Of a DNA stretch of 64,000 nt, positions 37,528-50,855 are shown piece after piece; position 1 is the first letter of the stretch; each line of letters opens with the position of its first letter. Where the stretch lies: the NCBI RefSeq assembly GCF_037042905.1, contig NC_087252.1:6760001-6824000 (forward strand), in the 5' to 3' direction. The stretch is from Lytechinus pictus (taxonomy: Eukaryota). A program made the position numbers and the translations under genes. The notes under the pieces are model-generated. The model saw only the letters and a list, made by a program, of their open reading frames with translations. It did not search any database and was not told where the DNA came from.

Positions 37528-40400
37528 CACTTTCCATCACCAGTGGTAGGGGCCGTTCCAGAAAAGAAAGTTTTAGGACACACTTTACTATCATCTACAT
37601 GTACCCTCAGAATTACGGCTGCTGTTCCACGTGTAATATCACATGTTATTTTGACATCAGTCCCAGCTGCTGCTGGCGAAGAACCGGTATATTGGCAATT
37701 TGCCGTTTTGTTCCTGAAAAATGGGGCTCAAACAAATATATCATGATTTCATGGTATTTTCAAGGAAGTGCGAACGTGAGGGCGGAATAAAAGAATGAAT
37801 TTTAAAACAATTTCGGTGCATTTTTTGGTTAAATGCGCATTTTCATCGCATACGAAAAAAAAACAATAGCACGTAAAATATCACAACTGTATCATTCATT
37901 GAAGTGTTCACATGTAAAATTAAGATCAGGTTCGAGCAAAATAGTCCTTAGCCTTCAGACAAGTCATCGCGACTTGGCTCTATTCCTTGTCAAGCAGTGG
38001 CTGAGACGAGACTAGCGGCCGACGAAGAGATTTGGCGATACCCGAGTGAGCGAGAGAGCGAGCGACTAGTCGCGAGGCCTTTGGGAATCTGGTGAAGACA
38101 AAATAGGCACCTTTCGCAAACCTCTACAACGCGATATTAGAGTCGGGTAACTCAAAAGTTAACGATTAATCATACACTCGATTTTCTAGATTGATTGTAC
38201 ATTACAGTCAATACAATCAAACGTAGAAAACTGCTCTACAATCATTGCTAAGCTTTGTGTTACAGGCCCTATAGATCTTGCTTTTCGTGTGCAAAGCTCT
38301 TTCATACGATACCAGCATGCCATGCCATTTGCCTGCCTGAGCTCGCGGCGGGACTGTACCTGTATCATGGCTATGACTCCAGCTGGCTAAAGACATGCGA
38401 AATGTAGATTATGACATGGATAAGAAAGTGTTTTTTTCAAACAAATCGAGTACAGTAAGGAAAAACTAACCGAAATTAAGGCTGAGATATAGATCGTTAC
38501 AGTCCATCGAATTGATATTGCATTTAATGTGCATTATTGGTGGATCACTGGCAATTGATTTCATAGGTCAGATCACCTCTCAAGCCGAACCATTTCGCAT
38601 GCGTTGACATGTACTCAGCATGCAACAGGCCATAAACCGTCTAAATTTGTGGTGTTTTTTCTTTGTGCCTGCTCCTTCTACACAAACGATTTTCCTCTAG
38701 CACACAATGTAATGGGCAGTATGTTTTACTCTCAGCAGAAATGGGGGATTTCTCGGGGGGTACACTTCCATTGATGAGTGGATACCAGGCGCGACCATGG
38801 GGTTTCGAAAAGCACCCTAAACAAGGGAAGTAAGTCTTTTCCAGATTATGAAAATGCATCTCTTAACAAGTATTTGGGTTGTGACACGATGTGATAATGA
38901 GGATTTGATATAACAACAAACTCCGCCACCTTGAGCATTTCTGTCTTTCCTCTCTAATTAATATCCATCCACCGACAAATCTGCACAAACCTCTTCATCT
39001 AACCATGTTTCAGAAATGGAGAATATATCAAAAGGGTTTCTTTATGAAACAATATTCGAGTCCATTCATTCATGTTTCATAAAGAAACAGAGATGGTGCG
39101 AGAGAGGCTGGGTAGGGGGAGAGAGATAGTATCCCAGAGGGGAGGGGGGGGGCAAAGAGAAAAGGAACTTGGCCATTATAGAGAAAGAAACACTGATATT
39201 CGCAGATGGGGGTGACGAGGACATTACGGCGAGTCAATTCATTTATGATTCATAAATAAACAGAGAGCGTGTGCTAAGACAGAGCATAGAGTGGGAGCTA
39301 TTACATACATAGAGGGGAAGGGAGATTGCAAGAGAGAGGGAAAGAGAGAAATCGAAACTTGAGAAAAGGATGGAGGCAGAGTGCTCGTCCATTCGTTCAT
39401 GTACAAATTGATGAAGCAAGATAACTATCGCAAGTCCATGCGCCTGCGCACTTCAGTTTTTTAGCTCAACTTATGAATAATTCATGTGCCATAGCGTTCC
39501 CATGTACGGACAAAATATTCGCACCCCGGGCGGCCTCTCGAGCTCTGGGAGGAACCAAATTTGGGTTTGGAAAGTCGTCCTAAATCGGATATATCGCTGT
39601 TACCATAGTAGCAACCAGAATTTTGCACACGAAACGCAAATTGAATGTTTCCGTTCCAGATGCGAAACGAAAAAAAATATCATGTCACACAATTTGCATT
39701 GCAGGACAGAGTTTTACGACCATGACGACGGGTCCAAAAGTCTCTTCCAAAATCAACTAGCGTCGTAAATAAGCGTGCGCGTCCTCAAACGAAAGGTCGG
39801 GAATATCATGAGCACGCCGATGCGGCCGATGTGTCAATCCGCACCGTCGTTGTCTATAACGTGACGGGACCGGGTTTGTTTGCTTCTGGGGCACAGGGCA
39901 ATGCAGGGTTCATCGATGCGAGCAATACGCTCTCTGATTGGTTTAGACCGGGGGCTTGGGGAGTTTATTCAGCTAATCGGGTACAAAAGGTTTGATGGTC
40001 CCAACATGTTGGCATGATATCAGTGGTCAAGAAAATATTTGCTGCCGGGTCCTATCCTGTACGTTAGGCCTAGAGGACCCCATTTTTGTCGGCCATCTTG
40101 GATTTTTCATGAAAATCAATTATTTTCATAATTTCGCACAAACAAATGAAAAATATTAAATTAATACGCATTTCACAATGATTTAGATAGTATAAATCAA
40201 TAGCAATCGTTTTCTGGACAGTCCGGTTAATATTTTTTGATAAATATAAGAATTTATGCCAAAATTTCCATGTTTTTAGGCAAAAATGTGCATGTGCATT
40301 GATATCTTTCTGTTTTGTCATAAATATCAACAATTAATGCAAAATATCAGCATTCTACACGAACGAGGATATATTAACGAGAACATTGATATGCTTCATG

Positions 40401-41739
40401 CAGTGGCGTAGCTACGGGGGGGGCCTGGGGGGGCACGTGCCCCCCCTGAGATTTGGTGTGCCCCCCCAGGTGCCCCCCCTGAAAAAAATGGCAGAGCAAA
40501 AAAAAAAAGGGAGAAAGAAGAAAAGAAAAAAGGAAAAGAAGAAGACACAAGAAAAAAAAAAGGAGAGGAAAATAAGAGGAGGAAGACGAGTGAATGAAAT
40601 AATGTGAGGGGAAGACTTGCAAAAAAAAAATCCTTCATGTTACTATATAAAATTTTTGCTTGCGCTTCGCGCCAGAATTGCCTGTTCGATGAGATTCATA
40701 TCTTGCTCAATAGGCTGATACGGAGCTAGTTTTGAAGTCAATATACAAAACATATTTTAGCTCGGACATCGAGCTTTCATTATTTTTTTTCATTTACAAA
40801 TTTAAGTGCTCTGTAAAATGTCCGTTTTATGGTCTACATATCAGCATTTTAAGCTCACGCTGCGTGGTCACATTGTTTGATTTGCCAAGTTCATATTGTC
40901 TACGTGTCCCGGCTACGTGTATTCCATAATGTTCCATTAAACAAATGTATTCAGAATCCCCAGATTCTAGGTATAAATCTAAAACATGCGCGATAGCCTG
41001 CATGTTCTTTATTTAAAATGTACTTAAATTATCCAGTTTCACATCAGAATATCAATAATTGTCTGCTCACGCTTCACGATCGCATTATTAATGATACCCA
41101 ATTAACTATTTCCTATTTATGATTTACAAAATATGAATAGAGTGTCCCACTTTTAGGTCTAAAATGTCAATTTTCTTCCTCTCGCGCTTCGCGCTCGCAT
41201 CAATTGTTTAGTTACATACCTATCCCATTTATTAATCCAAAAAGTGCTTAGAATGACCTTTTTTTTTTTAGGTCAGAATGTCAAAAAATTTGCTCGCGCT
41301 TCGCGCTCGCATTATTGAAATATATTTACCGTCTTACTTAACAGGACCCTTTTCGATAATGCTAGAACAGTTAATAAAAAATTTTCTAAAATAAAAATAT
41401 CTAGTTACATACGAATCTTGTTCAGGATCACACATAACATTGCCCAGAATATTAAATCTTCAGGACAAAATACATGAAAGTGAAAAAAAAATCGCTCGCA
41501 CTTTTTATAAGGCTTATGAGATTATTTAATGTTTATGTTGTTTTATAAGAATAAAACTGAGAAGTGACTGATCGGGAAAATATAATAGGTGAAGATAATT
41601 TCGGGCCCCGTCCCCTATTGGCGAAAGTCGGATCCGCCCTTGTGACACATACACACACACCGGAAAAAATGGTGCCCCCCCTGAAAAAGCAAGGACCCCC
41701 CAGTGCCCCCCCAGGAAAAAAATCCTAGCTACGCCACTG
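40401..41739. mobile_element. 1339-bp non-autonomous hAT element, copy A (TSD gcttcatg)
   Basis: TIR cagtggcgtagcta … tagctacgccactg; perfect 8-bp TSD at 40393-40400 and 41740-41747. Confidence 0.93.
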
Positions 41740-44700
41740 GCTTCATGACAGTATTAATGTCTTAACTTGCTTAGATATAGGGAAAATACCCCCCAATGTA
41801 TTCCCCGATATTGCGATAAAATTACACCAAAAACAACCTCCGTCAGTAGTCACACTAGTGATACCGACTACAATGTGCTCGCTGGCTTGCCTTTCAAAAG
41901 AGTACAATAGACTCAATCGGTCTTGCCTCGCCTTTGTTGGTGTGACTAGCACGCATTAATGCATGTAATTAGCGTCGCGTTAGAAAAGTGTATATTACAT
42001 ATATGGGTATGAGGTCAAAAGTCGTTTTTTACATATTAAAGCAACTTTTATGTTAATGAAACTTGGAAAAGTTAGAGGAGGCATTGCTCTGCATGTCGCA
42101 AGCAACTACATTCGGGCACCTTAAAACATTTCTTGGAAAATTCGACATTTTGGAGCCACATTGATTAAAAAGTGATTCTACTATGTACTGAAGGCACTTT
42201 TATTGTTTTAAACCAGTTGGAGACAAAAGAGTAAACAATCTTCTATCTGCTACATATACAGGATTGCTGGAAAATCGAAGCCACCCCCGTCAGTGGGTTG
42301 CCGAAGACACCATCCCATTTTTCCGTATTTTGCAAATTTATCGAAAAAATGCAAATTTGGAGCCCCCACTGAGGCTAAAGGGTGTTTCTGCTAAAAAGCA
42401 ATCCATTTTCATTGTCTTAAAACCACATGGAGACGAAAGAGTTGCGTTTCCTCTATTAGTTACTTAAATAAGTGCTGGTAAAGTAAAGCCTACCCCCGTC
42501 AGGGGCACCTGATATTACCCACCCCTTTTCTCTTAGATTACCTTTTTTATTAGAAAATCTGCGAATTTGGAGCCCACATTGAGGCAAAAAGATGTTTTTC
42601 CTATATATGGTGAACAGCATGCTGTTCTCTTAATATGATTGGATGATATCAATTCTTCCTCATGCAATGTTTTGGCTACAACTATTTTTTCCAAAGCAAT
42701 GATATATTACAAACATTTATAATTGATTACAATAGTTGATTTACTGTACACTGTATTGCAGCCGTGGTTGAGAATCAATAAATACATTTAAAAACACTTG
42801 TCAACTCGAAAAAATAATGTATGGAATGGGTTGCTAGTAAAATACTACCTCTCTCATTATTATGGGCCTTCAACTTTCTCCTCCCGATTCGTTGATTGAC
42901 CCGACATTGGAAATTGTTCAGTACAATGTTTTTTTCTTATTCGATTTCTAGGAGGGCATTGATTTAATCGCCGTCTCTGCAACCTTGGCCAGCTTATCTA
43001 ATTAACACAAACACCTAATTAGCATATTTAAACTATCAAGACGCTGTCCCTCTTGATAAAAAATAACACAACTTATTTAACATTTAGGGGTATACAATAT
43101 TGTACGTCAATTCGTGTTTAATGTTATCTTTGGCAGCCCTCATTTTAGTGCCGTTTAATGGTGAAAAAATACATAAATGTAAAGACTTGGGCTCAGCTAT
43201 TTCTTAAGGAGACATTTGAGCAGTAAGTAAATTGAGTCATAGGGTATCAGTAAGTCCTATAATACAGACAAAAATATTAACCTAAAATTGGCACCCCATT
43301 TCTTTGCAGAAGGTTTTGTATGAAATACAAACAAAATTGTCCATTACAATACTGTATGATATCATCAACATCACCACTGTTTTTTAATGGAGCTGGGAGG
43401 CTGGGGGTTCTGCTTATCTTTTCCACCATAGGCAAATACGACTTGAATTCAGGCTGGTGTGCTAAAATTACACATTTTACCAAAATCAAATTAATTTTGG
43501 AGCTAAAACCCTTTTTTGGCTTGTCATTTTTTTTCTGGTCCAAATCACAACCAATCAATTTGCAGATAATAACGTATTTTGAAACACTACACATAATAAA
43601 TACACAAAAACTCACCTGATACATCTATCAGTATTTCAAGTCGTTTGTATCCGTCTTCACCTATTTGGTATGTTCTGCGAGCACAGTGCAGTTCGACGAG
43701 CACTTAATTCATTTTGTCAATGTAAACACATTTTTTTTCCTGCTTTAAAGGTTGAATCTCCAGTCAGTAATACAATGTATATACGTTTGTTGTGAAGAGG
43801 GCGTTACAACAAATATAGTCAGGGTTATAATTGAGCAAAATGCACATGGAAAATAGAAAAAGATTCATTTAGTCTTCCAGTTGAGATTTCCATGCTAACC
43901 AAGAATGCCTGCGTGAACAGTGCAGTCTGATTTTCCTGTGAGAGACCTTAATAATCGCCAAAGTTAAGGGGCACTCAGTATTCAGGCTGAAAATTAAATG
44001 TTTTTTTTAGAAAGAGTTAAAACAGACAGCGAAGAACTAACAAGGTTATTACATTTCAAAGGTATGTATATTTTAGTTGAATCAATGCTGTACATCTTCA
44101 TGAATATGCAATGAGGGGGCGATGAAGTTATCTCCCCATTAAATATTTTGTATTTCATTATCCCCCAAAAAATTATTTTTTATTGTTTGTGTAAGATAAT
44201 TATGACTAAAACTGATAAAACATATTGTTTTTATTACACTGCAGTGTAATTTCATTACATTTAAACATATTTTTTTTTAATGAAAATATCGTTTTGTAGA
44301 ATTTTACTTCATTTATTTATGTACAATTATTTTCAACAAATATTATATCGAAAATACATTTTTTAGGAGTGTTGATATATAGATAATGATTAAAGAAAAT
44401 AAAGAAATGTCTTGAATATGACGCAATGATGAAAACGTTACGAGTGGTCGTATATTTTGTTCTGTCAAAAAGAAAAGTAGTTAGAGTGGAATAATCGAGA
44501 CTCATAATTCCTTTTCTTTCTCTTTTTTTGAGGTGGGGGGGGGGGGTGACTTAGGCATATTGCACCTTATGTTTAAATATATGGCACCATGGTTCAGGTA
44601 AAACACTAGACATCCGAGAAATCCAAGCCAGACTCCTGATAGCCTTTTGACAATGCCTCGCGACTTGCCTCTATTCCTCGTCAAGCAGTGGCTGAGACGA

Positions 44701-44854
44701 GACTACCGGTCGACGAAGAGAACTGGCGATATCCGAGTGAGTGCGAGAGCGAGCGACTTTTAGTCGCCAATGCTTTTAGAATCTGGTGTAGACGTGAGTG
44801 TATGACTTATTCATCAGCTTTGCGATGTGGCCAATGCTCCAATTCGCACCGTCA

Positions 44855-46530
44855 GTGTCTATCTCAAGGTATTGTTCCCATCAAGTTAAAAATCGCTAAA
44901 ATCGTTCCTGTCTACAAAAAGAGTGATCGTAAAATGCATTGAAAATTGCTTTGTTGCCTATCTTTTCAAAGATCTTAGAGAAAATAATGTACAAAAGATT
45001 AAATGATTATTTGCTGCATAATGATATCATGACATCACATCAATTAGGCTTCAGGAAAAATTGCTCTACTAGCATGGATGTATTAAACTTGGTTAACACA
45101 ATTATCACTGCTATGAATGATGGAAAGTTTTGCTTTGGTGCATTCCTTGATTTAAGTAAAGCCTTTGACACCATTGACCACAGTATACTCTTAACTAAAC
45201 TGGAATATTATGGCATTCGTGGGATGGCTTTAAACTGGTTTAAAAGCTATCTAGAAAACCGGTCACAATTTGTAGTTATCAACGGTGTCAGCTCAGAATA
45301 TAGAAATATTAAATTTGGAGTACCGCAACAATCGGTTCTTGGTCCGCTGCTTTTCCTAATTTATATTAATGATATTGTTAATTCTTCCAAATTGCTTACA
45401 TATTCTTTATATGCTGATTACACCTGTTTATTACTTTCTCATAAGAACTTGCAAAGTTTAATTCGGGAGGTAAATACTGAAATTTGTCATGTTTTTGCCT
45501 GGTTTTGTTGTAATATGCTGTTATTGAATACAAGTAAAACAAAATGTGTTTTATTCAGAACAAAGGGAAAGAGGATCATTGATAATTTAGATCAAATAAT
45601 AGTTGATGGTCGACAAATTGAATTCAGCTCAAGAGTGCAATTTCTTTGTGTCACAGTTGATGAATACTTGTCATGGAATAATCAAAAGTATCTCGTAATG
45701 TTGGTGTGATATCAAAAGTAAGATATTTCTTACCACAACGAACATTGGTTTCTTTATATAATGCTCTAATTGTGCCACATTAAATGTATTGCAATATTGC
45801 TTGGGGGAATACATATATGGCTCATGTACGTAAACTACAAGTTCTTCAAAAGAAAGCTATAAGATATGTAACAAATTCAAATTATCTGGCTCCAAGTTCC
45901 CCGCTTTTTTGCAGTTGAATATGTTACCATTTAATGGAATGGTCTCGCTGAATTGTGTTATTTTCATGTATAGATACCAATCCCTGCATTGTTCTTTTTT
46001 ACAAGAAACTTTTGTGGTTAATTCTAAGATTCATTATTGCAACACACGTCAGAGACATCTTATTCACCGACCCTTTGCTAGAATTAATGCTACATTGAAA
46101 TCCTTCAGAACAATTTGCGTTAAAGAATGGAATATGTGTCCTGCTGATATAAGAAGTAGCAGTACCCTGTCTCGGTTTAAGAAATTATGTCATAAATACC
46201 CACTTGATAAATTTAAGACCAGTTGTTAGTTGCACCTGTGGGTGACATGTTTGGAGTGTGAATGTGTGTGTTTGTGTGTGTGAGTGTGTGTATGCTTGCG
46301 TGTGGGTAATGTTCCTGTTGTGATCTTTAAGTACCTTGTATTTTTTTCTTCTCATAGTTATTCCATGTTTGAGTAAAATATCAGATATTCAGGGGCCCCT
46401 GCTTACAAGCTGTGCTTCTTTGGGGTCCCAAACCTGTAATTTGTTTCAGTTCTTTATAATGTTACCATTTTTTTTGTACTTTGCTCTCCTTTGACTGGTT
46501 TGAATAAATTCAATTCAATTCAATTCAATT
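44855..46530 (+). mobile_element. 5'-truncated, frameshifted CR1/L2-group LINE (reverse transcriptase)
   Basis: KIAKIVPVYKK, LLPIFSKILEK, FLDLSKAFDTIDH, GVPQQSVLGPLLFLIYINDI, YADYT (mutated YADD); the frame is broken; (AATTC)n tail at 46506-46530. Confidence 0.93.
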
Positions 46531-47029
46531 ATGACGCCATGTGACCAGGTTTATTCGCTTCTGTTGCACATGGTCACATGGGGTTCATTGATGTGTGCAA
46601 TACTCTCGCTGATTGGCCGTTACCTCTCAGGTAGCGATTCCAATTCATTCACTCGGCTTTTTGCGAATATTTGTTAAGGCCTTGAAAGTAAACACCATTT
46701 CCTTTCCAGATGGCATTAAAATTCCAGAATTATGTTAAATGAATTAAAAAGAGGCAGAACACCTCCCTCCACTGGCAGAATTATGTATAAAACTAACTTT
46801 CGGCTTAAAAGAGCTTTTTGACGGGGAAAGTGCTTTAAAAAGAAATGATGACTCTTAGTTTAACTTGTCAAAAAAATTCTATCCGAACGAAGTGTGCCAG
46901 ATATTCCACATAATATAAATTTTCACTCTCCAATCCATCATTAGGTCGATCGTTTGGCAAGTAAGTTTTATCACTAATTTTACGAACCGTTTAAACCCAA
47001 ACATTATTTTAGACTACTTCTAAATTTCA

Positions 47030-47700
47030 TGAAAACTTATGAGGTCCCACAGGGACCCATTCTTAGGCCACTTCTTTTTTCTATCTCTGTTAAATGTGTA
47101 ACGAAATGTATTAATGATGGTAACCGACGACACGACTCGTAGCAGAGGTAAATGCTACAGAAGTAGAACAATATCCTACCAGAGTAATGGAAAACATATT
47201 TCATGGGTAGTTAAAAATCCGTCTAGTTCTTAATGCTGATAAGACGCATCTCACGCATCTGATCGATTCCAAGTGGAGTAAATGGCAAATGTGTGATAAG
47301 ATTTAAAGAGGCCAAGTGATTTAGTGATATTATGATGAATATATACGACTGACGGAACATGTCGAAGTGTAATGAACGAACAAAAAATATAGTTTAAGCT
47401 AGATCTCGGAAATTCCTATGCGGTGTCTTCGTCCTCCCGTTTTTTGATCACGGTTCTTGTGATTACTCGGAAATATTTCAAATACGAGCAGTCATAAAAG
47501 CTTCAAAAACTAGCTGTGCGTAGAGCATTGGGGTGAGGATTTGAGATTTCTTGACAAAATGATTAGAATGGAGCTGCCTATTCAGACATTTTTTTTACAA
47601 TTAAGACGTGCATTGATGATGTATAAATCAATGCCTGACATGGCACCAACATACCTAAATAGTTATTTAAAACATGTCAGCTCTGCTCCTTAATGTATCT
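47030..47700 (+). pseudogene. Heavily decayed CR1/L2-type RT remnant
   Basis: gtcccacagggacccattcttaggccacttctt is a GVPQGSILGPLLF remnant; later L.W…MMYK…AP.YL remnant. Confidence 0.6.
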
Positions 47701-50700
47701 TACCTATCTCTGAGCTTGATCAGGCATTTTCATAAAAATTCGGAAGTTTGTTTTGCTCTAGAGAGAGTCTACATGTTGATAAATCCCAGGACCAGACGAC
47801 ATTCCCCCTATTATCCTTTCATGTAGTAATACACCCGTGACTATTATTTCAATGCATCAATAACTTGCAGTCACATTCCTTCTCTTTGTTTGTTTCATGT
47901 TCAATACTTTTCTGTTTTGTGTGTGTGCATGTGTGTGAGTGTTCTAAGCCTGGATAAGAATTTATTTCTCTTGCCTCCAAATCCATATTATTTAGAAATA
48001 CGCATACATAAACCCTATTTTGTCACTCGAATAATCACTGTATTTGAGAATTATTGATGATTATACATGACAAGGGTGCGGATGTTGATGATATATAAAA
48101 ATGTGTAGAACTTGTTTTAGGTCGAGCAAACAAATACTTTACATCCATTCATAAAATATCGTAATTTTCAGACAGTTCTCAATTATCTCTTATACTCAAT
48201 GACCCAGACTTTACTCCAATTATCATTTAGCTCCGCATAATTTTAATCAGGAAATTGTATTTGTACGTTCGAATTCAGTATGGATAGTTAATGTTTGCCA
48301 GTGGTTAATTTGAGTAGGATGAATATACAATTTCTCTGACAATGTACAAGAATATTATTCGATATGAAACAACATATGACTAAATGCCGTACTTTCATTT
48401 TGTCAACATATCAAATCAATTTCACAAATCACCGCAATAGCACTATTTTCTCTTACACTTACAAATGTTATAGGTGACATTTATTTCATCCTTCCGTTAA
48501 TTGCATATACAACACGATATTTACAAGCACTTATCATAATTCGCTCTCATCGTTTTCTTTGTAGAAATAGTATATCATAAGAAACATGCTAACATAATTG
48601 GAGATTCGTTACAGATTTTACTATATATTTCTTTTAAAGTTTACAGTACTTAGAGAAGGAGGCTCAACAGTAAACAAACTAAACAATGTTTTATAAGTTG
48701 TACAATCGATGAAAATTGATTTCTTAAAAAAATTGCATTTATCTGCATCAAAATCACCAGAAAATTATTACACACACCCTGCACATCCCCAAACACACAC
48801 GCGCACATACATTGTACATCAACGCTCACCGCATACCTCACTGCAATGAGAATAACGCTTACCATTCTTACACCCTTGGGAAACAATAATGCATGTATTT
48901 ATTTCATATAGTCAGACTAACCTATTCCGAATTATAATCTACTTAACATAAGTGTTCAATATACATTCCACATGAGGGTGCACCATACATAACAATAAGG
49001 TAACATAATCAACTGCCGAGGCAAGACATTTAGTCCTGTATAGGCCCTATGGAAAATGAACTAAACCTTGTTTTTCATATAAATAATATTTTTTTATGAT
49101 TTCTTGTCATTCGAGGGTGCTGATTACGAATCTGAATGATGCCACTCATGTAACCTTGAGCATTTTCCGCAAATTGGCAAAATGAAATATGGCTGCCAAT
49201 TTATGCAAATTATCCATGAAAATCATAAAATTGCCCGCACATAGGCTATAAAATATAGTAATTGCGTGTAAAAAAATGTACAATATGAATGGGGAAACTA
49301 ATTTTCACAAAAGTGAGCACTAAAATGCACCTGATTGTGATATAGGAGTGAAATAATCAATGGAAACACGAGTTATAACGAAATATATTATTTGATGTTA
49401 TGTATGTGATAAAATAATGATGCATTTTGATATTCACAATTGCCACCAATTCCCTAACAGTATTAGGTACAATGCTAACTGGGAAAAATTCACAAGTGTA
49501 CTAAAACTGCATATTATTATAAAGATAAACGAGTAGTATACTTAATACAAATTTTTTTTACGAAATACAATATTCAATATGCAATATATGTGATGACTGC
49601 TGTATTTCTAAGTCATTATATACAATGCGGATACAGAAACTAATTTTCATAAGAGTAATAACCATAAAATGCATGTAATGGTGATATACGACTTAAACAT
49701 TGTAATAAAAATATGTTTTCTAGCTAAACATATGTATTTTGTCATGCATGAGATAAATGTTGCATTGTCAAATTCACAATGGCCCCTAAAAGCTCTGTCA
49801 GTATTATCTACAATGTAAATTGTAACAATACAACTTTATAAGAATTTGGATTTGCTTGACTATGAAATCCATATTTTCCTGTTGTATAAGCAAAATATTA
49901 TTTGAAATCGTGATTTTTATCAAATATCATTTCTTCTGCCATGTAGGTTATCAATACTGTATTTTGACATTTAAAGTAGCCGCTACAAGCCCTATTATAT
50001 ATAACATGCGTACATCTATATGGAAACTAATTGTCACAAGAGTGAGAATCATAGAATTAACGTTATTTTAATGTATGAGTGAAATATTGTCTTAAACATG
50101 TCTAACTGAATACATCACGTATTGCTCTTGAAGGTAATAAGTACGGTAATTTGAAATTCAAATTAGCTTCCATAGGCCCTAAAAGTAATGTGTAAATTGT
50201 AACTGCGGACATATAATTTAGACAGAATTTGCCTCTTCTAGCCCTGACTAATTTAGTGTGGATAAATGGGAAAGTAATTATCTAGACATTGATCCGTATA
50301 TGAAGATGTAAGGCTTTGTACATTTTACTTCATCTGATGCTATTGTAACATTCAACGAAACCTACCCAACCGAATGTATGTACATTGAAATAAAGTCAAT
50401 CAGGGGCCCGAAACACAAAGCTGTATAGCAATCATCGTACAATTTTTTAAACTATTGATTGCATTGGCTACAATGTACAATCAAGCGTAAAAAGTACAAT
50501 TAATCCCTAATGGGACCCTGGAATTGGTCTCGGTGAGGGTTAAACAAACAAAAAAACGATTACTACTAGGAAAATTAAAAAACCTATATTTTTTATGCCT
50601 TCTGATACTAAATATACTACTGCATAGCATGATATATTTTTAAAAGAAAAACAAATGAATCTAGATCAAGTCAATGGACCAATGGTATCCAGAGAAGAAT

Positions 50701-50795
50701 GAAATGCGTGAATTATTTACACTTAAATCTAAAACGAATGCATTGACCTTCCATATAAAACACATATCGTGAGGCATTGTTTTATGCTCTTGGCA

Positions 50796-50855
50796 TCACA
50801 TATCTAGAGTAGAAGCATACAACCCTTCATCCAGGTCATTCAGAGACAAGTAACC
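50796..50855 (-). CDS. Gene 2 terminal coding exon (GYLSLNDLDEGLYASTLDM*)
   Basis: Strong tttcttatttcacag| acceptor, phase 0, ends in TGA; YLSL resembles the FGFR-type YLDL tail. Confidence 0.8.
   Translation of the reverse strand, partial: GYLSLNDLDEGLYASTLDM

Noticed and set aside
44939..45709. Active reverse transcriptase or retron-like gene
   Set aside because: It is a 5'-truncated LINE with frameshifts and YADD mutated to YADY.
34032..50796. Single gene fusing the kinase to the downstream NIDO protein
   Set aside because: The kinase gene has a terminal exon with a stop codon, and gene 1 has its own ATG and signal-peptide exon.
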